Positions 19,274 through 31,173 of a stretch of DNA of 64,000 nt are shown piece after piece. The position numbers and the translations under genes are program-made. The stretch covers positions 66,320-130,319 of the forward strand of contig CACHCY010000002.1 in NCBI GenBank assembly GCA_902578495.1, given 5' to 3'. This DNA comes from an uncultured SAR86 cluster bacterium (GTDB lineage: Bacteria; Pseudomonadota; Gammaproteobacteria; Magnimaribacterales; AG-339-G14). Below the pieces are notes generated by a model, which worked only from the letters and a program-made list of their open reading frames with translations, did not search any database and was not told the DNA's origin. Within the stretch, counting starts at the first letter, position 1, and every line of letters starts with the position of its first letter.

Positions 19274-19785
19274 GAAACTTTTTTTATTTTTCTTTCTGAA
19301 TGTGTCAGGATCTTGATGTGAAATTCTTCTCTTATTTCTTTTATACTTTTATCAAGTAACTCTTCTGAAAAATAATAATTCCAACGCTTCTTCATTTTGG
19401 AGCATCTAAATAAAATCGTTGTCCACTTTTTAACCATGACTTTTAAGTAGAGAAAAAAGTACTTTGTATAACCAACGTCTTTTAAAAGAATTTCTACTTT
19501 TTCTGTAGTCTCTTTGAAATTTATTTTTCCAGAAAAATAATCTTTTAATGTTTGAAAATAGTTTCCACCAAAAAATACCCAGCAATCCAACATTGCTTCC
19601 TCTTCTAAGGTTGTATCTAATCCAAAAATTACATGAGTTGCATCATGGCAAAGAATACCCCACTTTTCTGAATCGCTTACTTGTTCTCCAAGAATATATC
19701 TATTATTTTTTCTTAAATAACTTCTATATTCTTCTATTCCTTCTTGCAAAGAAGTATTGCAATCTTGGTTCTGAAAATTAAGCAT
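19246..19785 (-). CDS. Coq4-family-like protein (putative metal-binding HDxxH...E motif)
   Basis: CHDATHVIFGLDTTLEEE matches the Coq4 HDxxH-x(~10)-E signature. There is flanking similarity to human COQ4 (GIEEYRSYL; C-terminal IKEIREEFHI). Confidence 0.5.
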   Translation of the reverse strand: MLNFQNQDCNTSLQEGIEEYRSYLRKNNRYILGEQVSDSEKWGILCHDATHVIFGLDTTLEEEAMLDCWVFFGGNYFQTLKDYFSGKINFKETTEKVEILLKDVGYTKYFFLYLKVMVKKWTTILFRCSKMKKRWNYYFSEELLDKSIKEIREEFHIKILTHSERKIKKVSWSKEIKEF

Positions 19786-19856
19786 TTTTTTATTATAGTT
19801 TAATACTTTTCACTCATTACAAAATTTAGTTTAAATTTTTGTTTTAAACTCACTGA

Positions 19857-20066
19857 ATGAATTTAAGTATGTTCATTATTGGAAGCGCAGTTTTCATTGT
19901 TGCTTTTTCTTTTTTTAAAGTTACTGCTTTAAAGAAAACTAAAAATCAAAATGAGTCTTGGTTAAAGCTTATTTCTGTTTTTCTCGTGGACCTTATTGTG
20001 CTCATGGTGGGCACTATTGGAGTAGGGATATTTTTTGTCTCCTTGTTCAACGTGTTTCATGGATAA
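19857..20066 (+). CDS. hypothetical small membrane protein (69 aa, 2 TM)
   Basis: Two hydrophobic helices separated by the basic loop KKTKNQNESW. No family recognised. Confidence 0.35.
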   Translation: MNLSMFIIGSAVFIVAFSFFKVTALKKTKNQNESWLKLISVFLVDLIVLMVGTIGVGIFFVSLFNVFHG

Positions 20067-20196
20067 ACTTTTATGGAGTAGTTTTTTCAGTAATCTCTAT
20101 GCTTATCTAAAATATAGATATTCCCTATAAGGTATTGAATTTAATGAAGATATTTATATCTATTAAGATTTATTCTCTAATGGGCAAAGAGTTTTT

Positions 20197-21219
20197 TTAA
20201 GAATTCTTTGGCATCCCGATAGCAACAGGCCTAATTGGTGAAGCCGCACTACCTTTCGTTTTAAGCGGAAGAATCATTACACATGAAAGATCAACAGAAT
20301 CCTTCGCAAGTAAATTAAGCTTTAAGTTTTCTATTGTATGAATGCCAACTTGAGTTAAGAAATAATAGTGTGCCGGTAAAACAACGCCCTCAGGATTTTG
20401 AGATACCTCTTTACCCATTTCGCTTGGATCACCAAAGGCATCTACCCCCCAATTATCTACACCTACTCCTACAACTTTTTTAGCAGCTAAAAACTTTGCG
20501 GCATTAAAGGATATTCCCGGCGCCTTAGAATAATAAATTTTATTTTCGTCTGGATCTTCATATTGATCACTCCATCCTGTGTAAATTAGGACAACATCTC
20601 CAGGCAAAATTCCTCTTTTGTTCAGCGATGATTTTTTTAAAGTTTCCTTGATGTGTTTTACGGTTACGTATTCACCAGCCTTCATAGATCTTCCTTCAAA
20701 GGAATGTTTTCTAACATCCAGTAAAACAGCCGTCGTGATGATAGGAGGAACTGTTTCAATTCCTAATTTTTGCAATGGAGATTCTGGAAATGGTTTTACT
20801 TCTTTAGCTGTTAAACCTCTGAAGTATCTAACACCAGAAAGATCCACCTCGCCTTTTCCATCCCAAAATTTATCTGAATGTCCGAAGTGTCCGAGAGCAT
20901 CAATTTGAGTCCCTTGATTTCCATCATTTACGTTTTCATTTAGTACATCCATCGTATAAATGTGATTAGAGTTTTCGAAACCTAATTCAGGCAAAAATTT
21001 TGGTTTGTACTCACCTGCAAATGGAGACAAGGGCATTGAAGAAGTTCTTTCATATGATAGCTCATAAACCTTTGAATTATCTTTCGACATTTCAGTGGCG
21101 CATCTTGCCCATGTATCGGCGCCTAGTAGATTAGTCATTCCTCTTTCAGAGGAAAAATCTGATGAAAATAGATTTGCTGATAAAGAAAGAAAAAAAATAA
21201 GTAGGTTGAATCTAATCAT
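20197..21219 (-). CDS. secreted cyclase-family (kynurenine formamidase-like, PF04199-like) protein with degenerate metal motif
   Basis: Signal peptide (LLIFFLSLSANLFSS). NQGTQIDALGHF aligns to the cyclase-family HxGTHxDxPxHF motif with the first two His residues replaced. Confidence 0.55.
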   Translation of the reverse strand: MIRFNLLIFFLSLSANLFSSDFSSERGMTNLLGADTWARCATEMSKDNSKVYELSYERTSSMPLSPFAGEYKPKFLPELGFENSNHIYTMDVLNENVNDGNQGTQIDALGHFGHSDKFWDGKGEVDLSGVRYFRGLTAKEVKPFPESPLQKLGIETVPPIITTAVLLDVRKHSFEGRSMKAGEYVTVKHIKETLKKSSLNKRGILPGDVVLIYTGWSDQYEDPDENKIYYSKAPGISFNAAKFLAAKKVVGVGVDNWGVDAFGDPSEMGKEVSQNPEGVVLPAHYYFLTQVGIHTIENLKLNLLAKDSVDLSCVMILPLKTKGSAASPIRPVAIGMPKNS

Positions 21220-21227
21220 CCAAGATA

Positions 21228-23666
<2,439 letters not shown>

Positions 23667-23669
23667 TTA

Positions 23670-24692
23670 TTATAAAGCAATAAGGGTATTAAATCGCCCT
23701 TTTATACCTAAAAAATCAGGGTCAATTGAGGACACAAACTTCTGTCCTGGAGCATCCAAAATTAACTCTAAACATTTTAGAAAATTCTCCTCATCTAGCT
23801 CAGAAGGCAAGTCATCAACTAAAAAGATGGAGTGCTTATTTCCGAGATTATGCATGTGTTGATTAAATCCTAATATTATTAATAAAATCAATAGCTTCTG
23901 TTCTCCTCTGGATAAAATATCACCTGATTTTACAGCGTTGACATCATAGAGAAGATCAAGCCTATGAGGCCCAACCGTTGAAAATTTTACTTCCGAATCT
24001 TTTTGATAAACTTCGCGCAATTCATTCTTAAAATCTTCTTCTTCTAACCATAGATTTTCAACCCTAAAATTTACCTTTTTTTCTGCAGGAAAATCCTTAT
24101 CAAAATTTACTTTTAGTAAAGGAATTATCTTGTCCAGATGCTTATTTCTCAAACATGAAATTTCTATTGATTTTTCGACAAATAGATCGTTCCAAATTTT
24201 GAATGTTTTCTTGTTTGCTTCTTTGAGCGCATTGTTCCTTAGTCTCAGTGATTTTTGAAACTCTATGTATTTTTTTTTGTAATTTTGTTCCACGTGAAAC
24301 AAGTAAAAATCTAAGAAATTTCTTCTGGTTTCAGATGAAGACTCTAAATAATTTAATGCAAAGTTATTAATTAAAAACGGACAAACATCATTTAATATTG
24401 ATTCTTTTGGTGTGATCTGCCTGACCAGTGTCTTAGTTTTTTTTCTTGAAAGCTCTAACTTCGAATTGTCATCAAATAAGGCTTTCAAAGCAAAAAAATC
24501 TTCTTCAAATGGATAGAATGAATTCATATTGTTGGTTTTGAACGACTTATTTTCTATCGAGAAATAAATACTTTCCAATAGTGTAGTTTTTCCAGAACCG
24601 TTCTTCCCCGAAATAAGATTTGAATCAGTAAAGGAGAAAAATTTTTGTGAGAGGGCTCTAAAAGAGGATAGCTCTATTTTTTTTAAACCCAT
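23670..24692 (-). CDS. recF: DNA replication and repair protein RecF
   Basis: Walker A (GKNGSGKTTLLESI) and the SRGEQK signature, in the dnaA-dnaN-recF-gyrB context. Short, at 340 aa. Confidence 0.9.
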   Translation of the reverse strand: MGLKKIELSSFRALSQKFFSFTDSNLISGKNGSGKTTLLESIYFSIENKSFKTNNMNSFYPFEEDFFALKALFDDNSKLELSRKKTKTLVRQITPKESILNDVCPFLINNFALNYLESSSETRRNFLDFYLFHVEQNYKKKYIEFQKSLRLRNNALKEANKKTFKIWNDLFVEKSIEISCLRNKHLDKIIPLLKVNFDKDFPAEKKVNFRVENLWLEEEDFKNELREVYQKDSEVKFSTVGPHRLDLLYDVNAVKSGDILSRGEQKLLILLIILGFNQHMHNLGNKHSIFLVDDLPSELDEENFLKCLELILDAPGQKFVSSIDPDFLGIKGRFNTLIAL

Positions 24693-24696
24693 GAGA

Positions 24697-25803
24697 CTAT
24701 AGTCTCATTGGCATAATAACGTGTATAAGATCTTCGTTTTCCTTATTTTTAACAATACAACTTGATTCTTGACCGAAAAAAACAATTTCTGCAGATAAAT
24801 CTTTGATAGTGGTAAGGGACTCTTGTAAATAGCTTATATTAAAACCAATTTCTAGCTCTGGGCCGGAATAATCAACTTTTATTTCCTCTTCAGCGCTTTC
24901 TTTTTCTGGATTATTAGCCTCAATTTTCAACAAATCTTTGTAGAGACTCAATCGAATTCCTCTATATTTTTCATTTGAAAGAACGGAAGCTCTGCTCAGA
25001 GCAGTATTAAATTCATTTTTATCGACAACAAGTTTGGATTCATCACCAACTGGAAAAACTTTTTCATAATCAGGATAATTGCCCTCTATTAATTTAGAAG
25101 TGAAGGAAAATACAGAGCCTACAACATTGATTTGATTCTGAGATACATTCAACGATATTTCTTCGTCGTTAGTAGAAATAATTTTTTGCAATTCCATAAC
25201 TGCTTTTCTGGGAACAATAGCCCTGAAATCCTCTTTTAAACCATCAATTGATGTTTTTGTAAAAGCCAGCCTATGGCCATCTGTTGATACCACGCATAAT
25301 GCGTTCCCTTTTGTCTCTAAAAGGCATCCATTTAGGTAATATCTTACATCTTGTGCAGCCATTGCCACAGATGTTGAACCAATCATATCAGCTAAGGCTG
25401 AAGATGAAATCTTAATAGAGCTGCTGAAATCAGCAGAATCAATAGAAGGAAAGTCGCTAGCTGGCAATGTAGCCAAATCTGCCTGGAACTTTAAGGCTTT
25501 AATTTCTATCTGGTTATCAATTAGGCAAAAGTTCAGCTTTGTATCTTCTGGTATCGATCTGACTAAATCTGCTAGTTTTCTAGCAGATACTGTAACCTCA
25601 CCCTCTTTTTTAACTTCTACGCCCTCAATTGTTGTTTTATATTCAATTTCTAAGTCAGTTGCCGTTATTTTTATTGAATTTTTGGCCGCAGAAATCAATA
25701 CATTTGACAAAATAGGAATAGACTGCCTTTTTTCAGATACATTTGAGGCCAGCAAAGCTGGCTCAACAAGATCATTTTTATTTATATTAAATTCCATAAT
25801 CAA
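24697..25803 (-). CDS. dnaN: DNA polymerase III beta sliding clamp
   Basis: 368 aa with the three-domain clamp pattern and C-terminal MPMRL. Overlaps the dnaA stop by 4 nt. Confidence 0.95.
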   Translation of the reverse strand: MIMEFNINKNDLVEPALLASNVSEKRQSIPILSNVLISAAKNSIKITATDLEIEYKTTIEGVEVKKEGEVTVSARKLADLVRSIPEDTKLNFCLIDNQIEIKALKFQADLATLPASDFPSIDSADFSSSIKISSSALADMIGSTSVAMAAQDVRYYLNGCLLETKGNALCVVSTDGHRLAFTKTSIDGLKEDFRAIVPRKAVMELQKIISTNDEEISLNVSQNQINVVGSVFSFTSKLIEGNYPDYEKVFPVGDESKLVVDKNEFNTALSRASVLSNEKYRGIRLSLYKDLLKIEANNPEKESAEEEIKVDYSGPELEIGFNISYLQESLTTIKDLSAEIVFFGQESSCIVKNKENEDLIHVIMPMRL

Positions 25804-27134
25804 GCGGTAAGAACTCTTACCAAGTTTTTATAATCTTCGTCCAATTCAGTGTTTCCTTGTCTCAATTCTCCTATTTTTTTGCATGCATGAAGAACCGTTG
25901 TATGATCTCGGCCTCCAAAAGCGTCTCCTATTTCGGGAAGACTGTGATTTGTTAGTTCTTTGGCTAAACTCATCGATAATTGTCTTGGTCTCGCGAGAGA
26001 CCTGTTTCGTTTAGATGATAACAGATCAGAAAGCCTTATATTGAAATAATCTGAAACTGTCTTCTGGATATTGTCAATACTGACTTGTCTGGCTTGAATG
26101 GCAAGCAAATCTCTTAGAGACTCTTTAATTAAATTCAAATCAACTTCTTTGTTTGCAAATTTTGCATTCGCTCCAACTCTTTTTAGAGCCCCTTCAAGTT
26201 CTCTTACATTAGATCTGATTCTTTCAGATATAAAGAAAGCACAGTCTTGCGGCATATTTAAATTAAGCTCTTCGGCTTTTTTTAATAAGATTGCTACTCG
26301 AGTTTCAAGCTCTGGAGGCTCTACAATCACTGGTAAGCCCCAGCCTAGCCTGGACTTCAGTCTTTCTTCTAATCCCTCTATTTCTTTAGGATACCTGTCG
26401 CAAGTCAGTATCATTTGCTGACCTCCTTCCAATAACGCATTAAAAGTATGAAAAAGTTCTTCTTGAGACTGTTCTTTTCCTGCAAAAAACTGTATATCGT
26501 CTATCAGCAAGGCATCTACTCCTCTATAAAACTGCTTAAACTCATTTATTGCCCCTAATTGAAGTGATTTAACCATATCGCTTACAAACCTCTCGGAATG
26601 GATATAAACAATTCTTTTAGATGGATCTTTATCTTTAAGTTTATTTCCCACTGCATGCATTAAATGGGTTTTACCTAAACCAACCCCTCCGTATATAAAT
26701 AATGGGTTGTAAGCACCTTTGGGTGAATCAGCAACCTGTTTTGCTGCTGCTAGAGCTATATTATTCGATTTTCCTTCTACAAAAGTTTCGAATGTAAAAT
26801 TTTCAAAAAGGGAATTTTCTTTATCGTCTAGAAAAGGAATTTTTTTAGATTTATCCTTTGCAATCAATGGTTTAGGTGAATTAAATAGATCATAATTTAG
26901 ACTTAGATTTTCAGAATCAAGGGATCTAGATAAATATTGTTTTATTATGGAATCATAATTTTGTTTAACATGTTCTTTGATGAAATCATTTGGAGCTAAA
27001 AGCGTTACAGCTTGCATGCCAAATTCGTCTTGTTCTTCTGAGTAAGCTAAGGGACTTATCCAAGTAGAGAATTCATCCTGGTTTAGCTCTAGTTCAAGGG
27101 ATTTTCTACATTCTTCCCAGGCTTGATAATTCAT
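25800..27134 (-). CDS. dnaA: chromosomal replication initiator protein DnaA
   Basis: AAA+ Walker A ([10 protein letters not shown]) and the domain IV DNA-binding signature ([12 protein letters not shown]). Confidence 0.98.
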   Translation of the reverse strand: MNYQAWEECRKSLELELNQDEFSTWISPLAYSEEQDEFGMQAVTLLAPNDFIKEHVKQNYDSIIKQYLSRSLDSENLSLNYDLFNSPKPLIAKDKSKKIPFLDDKENSLFENFTFETFVEGKSNNIALAAAKQVADSPKGAYNPLFIYGGVGLGKTHLMHAVGNKLKDKDPSKRIVYIHSERFVSDMVKSLQLGAINEFKQFYRGVDALLIDDIQFFAGKEQSQEELFHTFNALLEGGQQMILTCDRYPKEIEGLEERLKSRLGWGLPVIVEPPELETRVAILLKKAEELNLNMPQDCAFFISERIRSNVRELEGALKRVGANAKFANKEVDLNLIKESLRDLLAIQARQVSIDNIQKTVSDYFNIRLSDLLSSKRNRSLARPRQLSMSLAKELTNHSLPEIGDAFGGRDHTTVLHACKKIGELRQGNTELDEDYKNLVRVLTA

Positions 27135-27162
27135 AAAAAGATAATAATATCTTTATTATAAC

Positions 27163-27240
27163 TTATCCACAGGATAATCATGTGAAAAATTGTGAATAAC
27201 TTGTTAATAATATAATTAATTAGAGTTTTATTTATTCACT
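27163..27240. promoter_or_regulatory. DnaA-box cluster (dnaA promoter autoregulation and/or oriC)
   Basis: TTATCCACA at 27163-27171 is a perfect box. TGTGAATAA at 27191-27199 is the reverse complement of TTATTCACA and fits TTATNCACA. One-mismatch boxes lie at 27181-27189, 27202-27210 and 27232-27240. Confidence 0.7.
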
Positions 27241-27277
27241 CAATTAATATATCATTCTCCATCTTAATTTACTCGTA

Positions 27278-27412
27278 ATGAAAAGAACCTATCAACCAAG
27301 CAAACTAAAAAGGAAAAGAACTCACGGATTTAGAGCCAGAATGTCTTCTGCCGGCGGTAGAACTGTTATAAACAACAGAAGAAGAAAAGGCAGAAAAGTT
27401 TTATCTGCTTAA
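27278..27412 (+). CDS. rpmH: 50S ribosomal protein L34
   Basis: Hand translation gives [44 protein letters not shown]. Below the ORF-track length cutoff. Immediately upstream of rnpA. Confidence 0.95.
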   Translation: MKRTYQPSKLKRKRTHGFRARMSSAGGRTVINNRRRKGRKVLSA

Positions 27413-27413
27413 A

Positions 27414-27740
27414 ATGAAAATACCTGCTCTGGTGGGAAAAAAAGACTTTGATAACGTCTTCAAAAATTCAGACACTTCCTTCTCATCTGGGCCCTTCGTA
27501 GTAATTCTAAAAAAAAACGAAATATCCTCAACAAGGACTGGAATTATTATTCAAAAAAAGTTTGTTAAATTAGCTGTTAATCGAAATTATATTAAAAGAA
27601 AATTTAGAGAGATTATAATAAGATCTAAGCTAAACTCTTTTGACGTTGTCCTCATGGTTAAAAATAAAATAGAGGACTTTGATAAATTAAAAGTAAAAAA
27701 AAATTTCATTGATTTAGAGTCCAAAATTGAAAAGATTTAA
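27414..27740 (+). CDS. rnpA: ribonuclease P protein component
   Basis: Small basic protein in the conserved rpmH-rnpA-yidD-yidC order, with a [15 protein letters not shown] (RNR-like) motif. Confidence 0.85.
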   Translation: MKIPALVGKKDFDNVFKNSDTSFSSGPFVVILKKNEISSTRTGIIIQKKFVKLAVNRNYIKRKFREIIIRSKLNSFDVVLMVKNKIEDFDKLKVKKNFIDLESKIEKI

Positions 27741-27972
27741 TTTAAAAAAAATATTAGTTTTCTTGATTGTTTTTTATCAAAGATCAATCAGTCCGTACTT
27801 TGGACCTTCTTGCAGATTTCAACCAACATGTTCTGAATACGCTAAAAAATGTATTGAGACTCATGGCGTGATGAAGGGCACATATTACAGCTTAAAAAGA
27901 ATCTCAAAATGTCATCCATTTGGATCATATGGTTATGATCCCGTTCCGGAGAAAGCAAAAAATGATCGATAA
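27727..27972 (+). CDS. yidD: membrane protein insertion efficiency factor YidD
   Basis: [23 protein letters not shown] motif. TTG start overlapping the rnpA end. Confidence 0.9.
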   Translation: MKRFNLKKILVFLIVFYQRSISPYFGPSCRFQPTCSEYAKKCIETHGVMKGTYYSLKRISKCHPFGSYGYDPVPEKAKNDR

Positions 27973-29602
27973 TTTTCAGAGATATTTTTTAGTATTTTCA
28001 ATCTTCATTTTTAGTTATTTATTGCTTATCAACTGGAATCCGCCTGCTCAAGAAGAACCACTTTCTGAAAACACTTTAAACGATAGTGAGTACTTACCAA
28101 CTGATCCAATTCCTGAGCCTGATTCTTTTGTTGACGAGTCAAGTTCTTTTGCTGAGTCAAACAATATCACCTCTTTGATATGTGGTGCAGAAGAAAAAGT
28201 CGAAGTCTCTAATGAAAATCAGAAGCTTGAAATAAGCCTGTCCAGCGGACAGATTATAAAATCAGAATTATTGAATTATCCTTTGGAAATTAATGGCCAA
28301 GCTAATACTTTACTTTTCAACAAGTGTGGCAAAGAGAACTACTTTTTAGATGGTGGTTTTGTTGTTTCAGGAATATCTAACGCACCAGAAGGAAATTATT
28401 TTTCTGTGTTGTCTAAATCAAAAGATTCAGTTGAGATTATAAGAAGGCTTCCAAATGGCTCCACTCATTCTAAGAAAATTAGCTTGGGGAAAAACTTCAG
28501 AATAAATTTTGAAGAAGAATTTTTTAATGGAGAAGTCGTAGAAGTTTCAGTCGCGCCATATGCAAAAATAAACCGCTCCTCCGAGAAAACTATTTCTGGT
28601 TCTGGAGGCATATTTACCCAGCCCTCTTCTTGGGCATATTTGGGTCCTGCGTTTTCTTATGATGGTGAAAACTACGATAAAAGATCTTTCTCAGAAATCG
28701 AAGAAGCAGAATTTAGAACATCAACTAGCGGAGGTTGGATTTCAATGATTCAACATTATTTCTTAACCTCCCTTCTACCTAACCAGTCTTCCAACAGCCT
28801 GCTTCAAGGTAAGAAAAATAAAAATGATGGCTCTTTTTCTGTTGGATTTGTTGAGGAGACCAAAAAGGTTGCTCCAGGCACCTCAATAAAAAACGAGTAT
28901 TCAGCCTATTCGGGTCCTAAAATTAAGGGAAATTTAGACTTAATGCATCCAGAGCTCGGTTTAGCCATAGATTACGGCTTCCTTTATTGGATTGGTCAGC
29001 CTATTTTTTGGGTAATGAACCTTATTAATCAAGCAATTAGCAGCTGGGGATGGTCTATTGTGCTGGTAACAGTCCTCATAAAGATTTTCTTATGGCCTCT
29101 GTCCTATGTTGCATACAAGAATATGGGGAAAATGAGGCAACTTCAGCCCAAACTCAAGGAGCTTCAAGAGAGGCATGGGGACGATAGGCAAGCTATGTCA
29201 AGAGAGATGATGGCTCTTTACTCAAAAGAAAAGGTGAATCCTGCGCTGGGATGTCTTCCAATGCTGCTACAAATGCCTTTTTTCCTTGCTTTTTATTGGG
29301 TTCTAATTGAGACGGTTGAGCTCAGACATGCACCATTCATGTTTTGGATTGTTGATTTGTCTGTAAGGGACCCCTTGTTTATATTGCCTTTGTTAAACAT
29401 GGGGGCTATGTATCTAATGCAGCTTTTGCAGCCTCAACCGGCGGGTGTAGATCCAATGCAGGCAAGAATTTTTAAATTTATGCCTATTATATTTGGAGTG
29501 CTCTTTGCTTTTTTCCCGGCCGGCCTTGTCTTGTATTGGTTGGTAAATTCTCTTGTCTCAGCCTTGCAAATGCTTATGCATGGCCCTAAAAAGGCAGCAT
29601 AG
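27962..29602 (+). CDS. yidC: membrane protein insertase YidC
   Basis: N-terminal TM helix, a large periplasmic domain and a conserved C-terminal 5-TM core. Start placed at the ATG at 27962 (MIDNFQRYF...) rather than at the start of the ORF-track extension (27920). Confidence 0.92.
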   Translation: MIDNFQRYFLVFSIFIFSYLLLINWNPPAQEEPLSENTLNDSEYLPTDPIPEPDSFVDESSSFAESNNITSLICGAEEKVEVSNENQKLEISLSSGQIIKSELLNYPLEINGQANTLLFNKCGKENYFLDGGFVVSGISNAPEGNYFSVLSKSKDSVEIIRRLPNGSTHSKKISLGKNFRINFEEEFFNGEVVEVSVAPYAKINRSSEKTISGSGGIFTQPSSWAYLGPAFSYDGENYDKRSFSEIEEAEFRTSTSGGWISMIQHYFLTSLLPNQSSNSLLQGKKNKNDGSFSVGFVEETKKVAPGTSIKNEYSAYSGPKIKGNLDLMHPELGLAIDYGFLYWIGQPIFWVMNLINQAISSWGWSIVLVTVLIKIFLWPLSYVAYKNMGKMRQLQPKLKELQERHGDDRQAMSREMMALYSKEKVNPALGCLPMLLQMPFFLAFYWVLIETVELRHAPFMFWIVDLSVRDPLFILPLLNMGAMYLMQLLQPQPAGVDPMQARIFKFMPIIFGVLFAFFPAGLVLYWLVNSLVSALQMLMHGPKKAA

Positions 29603-29614
29603 AGGAGATATCTT

Positions 29615-30907
29615 TTGGATCAGGCCATAGTTGCTTGTTCAACCCCTCCCGGCAGAGGAGCTATTTCAGTTGTAAGAATTAGCGGAAAGGAGGTAAAAAG
29701 CATTATTAATAACCTCTTTTCCTTAGAATTTGATCATGGAACTTCAAAAGTGGCAGAAACAAACATTTCAGAAGGGTTTAATGAAAAGTGTTTAATTTCT
29801 TGCTTTGAGGGTCCTTCATCATACACGGGCGAGGATGTTGCCGAGATATCGTGTCATGGGAACCCCTTAATTGTTAGGGCTTTGATTCAGAAATGCACAG
29901 AATTAGGCGCCAAAAACGCAAACCCAGGAGAATTTACTCAGAGAGCCTTTCTGAACAACAAGATTGACCTTGCGCAGTCTGAAGCAGTTATCGATCTCAT
30001 AAATGCTAGCTCTAGCGCAGCAATGGTGGCGGCGTCAAAGTCAGTTTCTGGTAATTTCGGTGAAAATGTAGATAAAATCTTGGAAAGCCTAAGAAAAATA
30101 AGAATACTTGTGGAGTCTTCTATCGATTTTTCTGATCAAGATACAAACATAGATTTTATGCAAATTAATGCTCTTTTTAAAGATTTTAGACACCTTTTAG
30201 AGGATTTTGATGAGAAAATAAAGGAAGGAATAAGAATAATGTCTGAACACAGGGTTGTAGTCGCTGGACCTCCAAACGTGGGCAAATCAAGCATTATGAA
30301 CATTCTTTCTGGAGAAGAGGCCTCGATTGTGACTGAAATTAAAGGAACTACAAGGGACCCAATATATAAAAAAATACAAATTAAAGACCTGCAAGTAGAT
30401 ATTTATGACACGGCGGGAATAAACGATGAAACAGTGGACGAAATAGAAAAGCTTGGAATAGATAAATCTAGGTCGTTAATAGAGGGAGCAGACCTGATCT
30501 TGGAGGTGGTTGATGCTGAAAACAGGGGTTTTAGCCTCAAAAAGGACGGAAACATCTTAAAAGTCTTCAACAAGTCTGACATATCTAGCCCGCCCAAAGG
30601 GTTTGAGGGAATTGTTGTTTCTGCTCTTGAGAAAAAAAATATCAGCGCTCTTGAAGAAAAAATTTACGAGCTTCTTTCAGGCGGCGGATCTGATGCTTTA
30701 TTTTCAGCTAGAGAAAGACACCGAAGCTTGGTTAAAAAAGCTTTTATGGAAATAGACTCTTGCCCAGACCCAATTGATGTGAAAAACGTTGATATAGCTG
30801 CAGAGCACCTAAAGTTGGCAGATATCTTTCTTGGGGACATTAAGTCTCCCATGAGCGCCGATGACTTTTTGGGGGAAATATTTTCCGCTTTTTGCATAGG
30901 TAAGTAA
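29615..30907 (+). CDS. mnmE: tRNA modification GTPase MnmE
   Basis: N-terminal STPPGRGAISVVRISG, G-domain (GPPNVGKSS, DTAGI, NKSD) and the C-terminal CIGK motif. Confidence 0.93.
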   Translation: MDQAIVACSTPPGRGAISVVRISGKEVKSIINNLFSLEFDHGTSKVAETNISEGFNEKCLISCFEGPSSYTGEDVAEISCHGNPLIVRALIQKCTELGAKNANPGEFTQRAFLNNKIDLAQSEAVIDLINASSSAAMVAASKSVSGNFGENVDKILESLRKIRILVESSIDFSDQDTNIDFMQINALFKDFRHLLEDFDEKIKEGIRIMSEHRVVVAGPPNVGKSSIMNILSGEEASIVTEIKGTTRDPIYKKIQIKDLQVDIYDTAGINDETVDEIEKLGIDKSRSLIEGADLILEVVDAENRGFSLKKDGNILKVFNKSDISSPPKGFEGIVVSALEKKNISALEEKIYELLSGGGSDALFSARERHRSLVKKAFMEIDSCPDPIDVKNVDIAAEHLKLADIFLGDIKSPMSADDFLGEIFSAFCIGK

Positions 30908-31173
30908 GCACTAACTAAAATTCATATCTTGTAATTAAAGTGTTTTTTATTGCATTAAGATCTTTTTAAAAAGCTGTTAATAACTATTTATAGTTATTTT
31001 CTCAACACTTTAAAAGGCGCGAAACACAGCTTATAAACAGGCTTAGTAACATGGCTCTACCTTCTCTATCCCCAGGGTTTTAAGGGTCCAAAGACTTTTT
31101 CCACTTACTAACAGGGCTAACAACAATAAACATATACTCTCTAATATATAAATACATATATATAATATTTTTA

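Noticed and set aside
20114-20163. AT-only inverted repeats (ATAGATAT...ATATCTAT; AGATAT-TT-ATATCT) between the convergent small TM gene and the cyclase-like gene
   Set aside because: The stems are short and made almost entirely of A/T in AT-rich DNA, with a 34-nt loop for the longer pair. This is expected by chance and is weak as a terminator.
27920-27961. N-terminal extension of yidC in the ORF track ([14 protein letters not shown])
   Set aside because: The extension lies wholly inside yidD. The ATG at 27962 yields the typical YidC N-terminus directly before the first TM helix.
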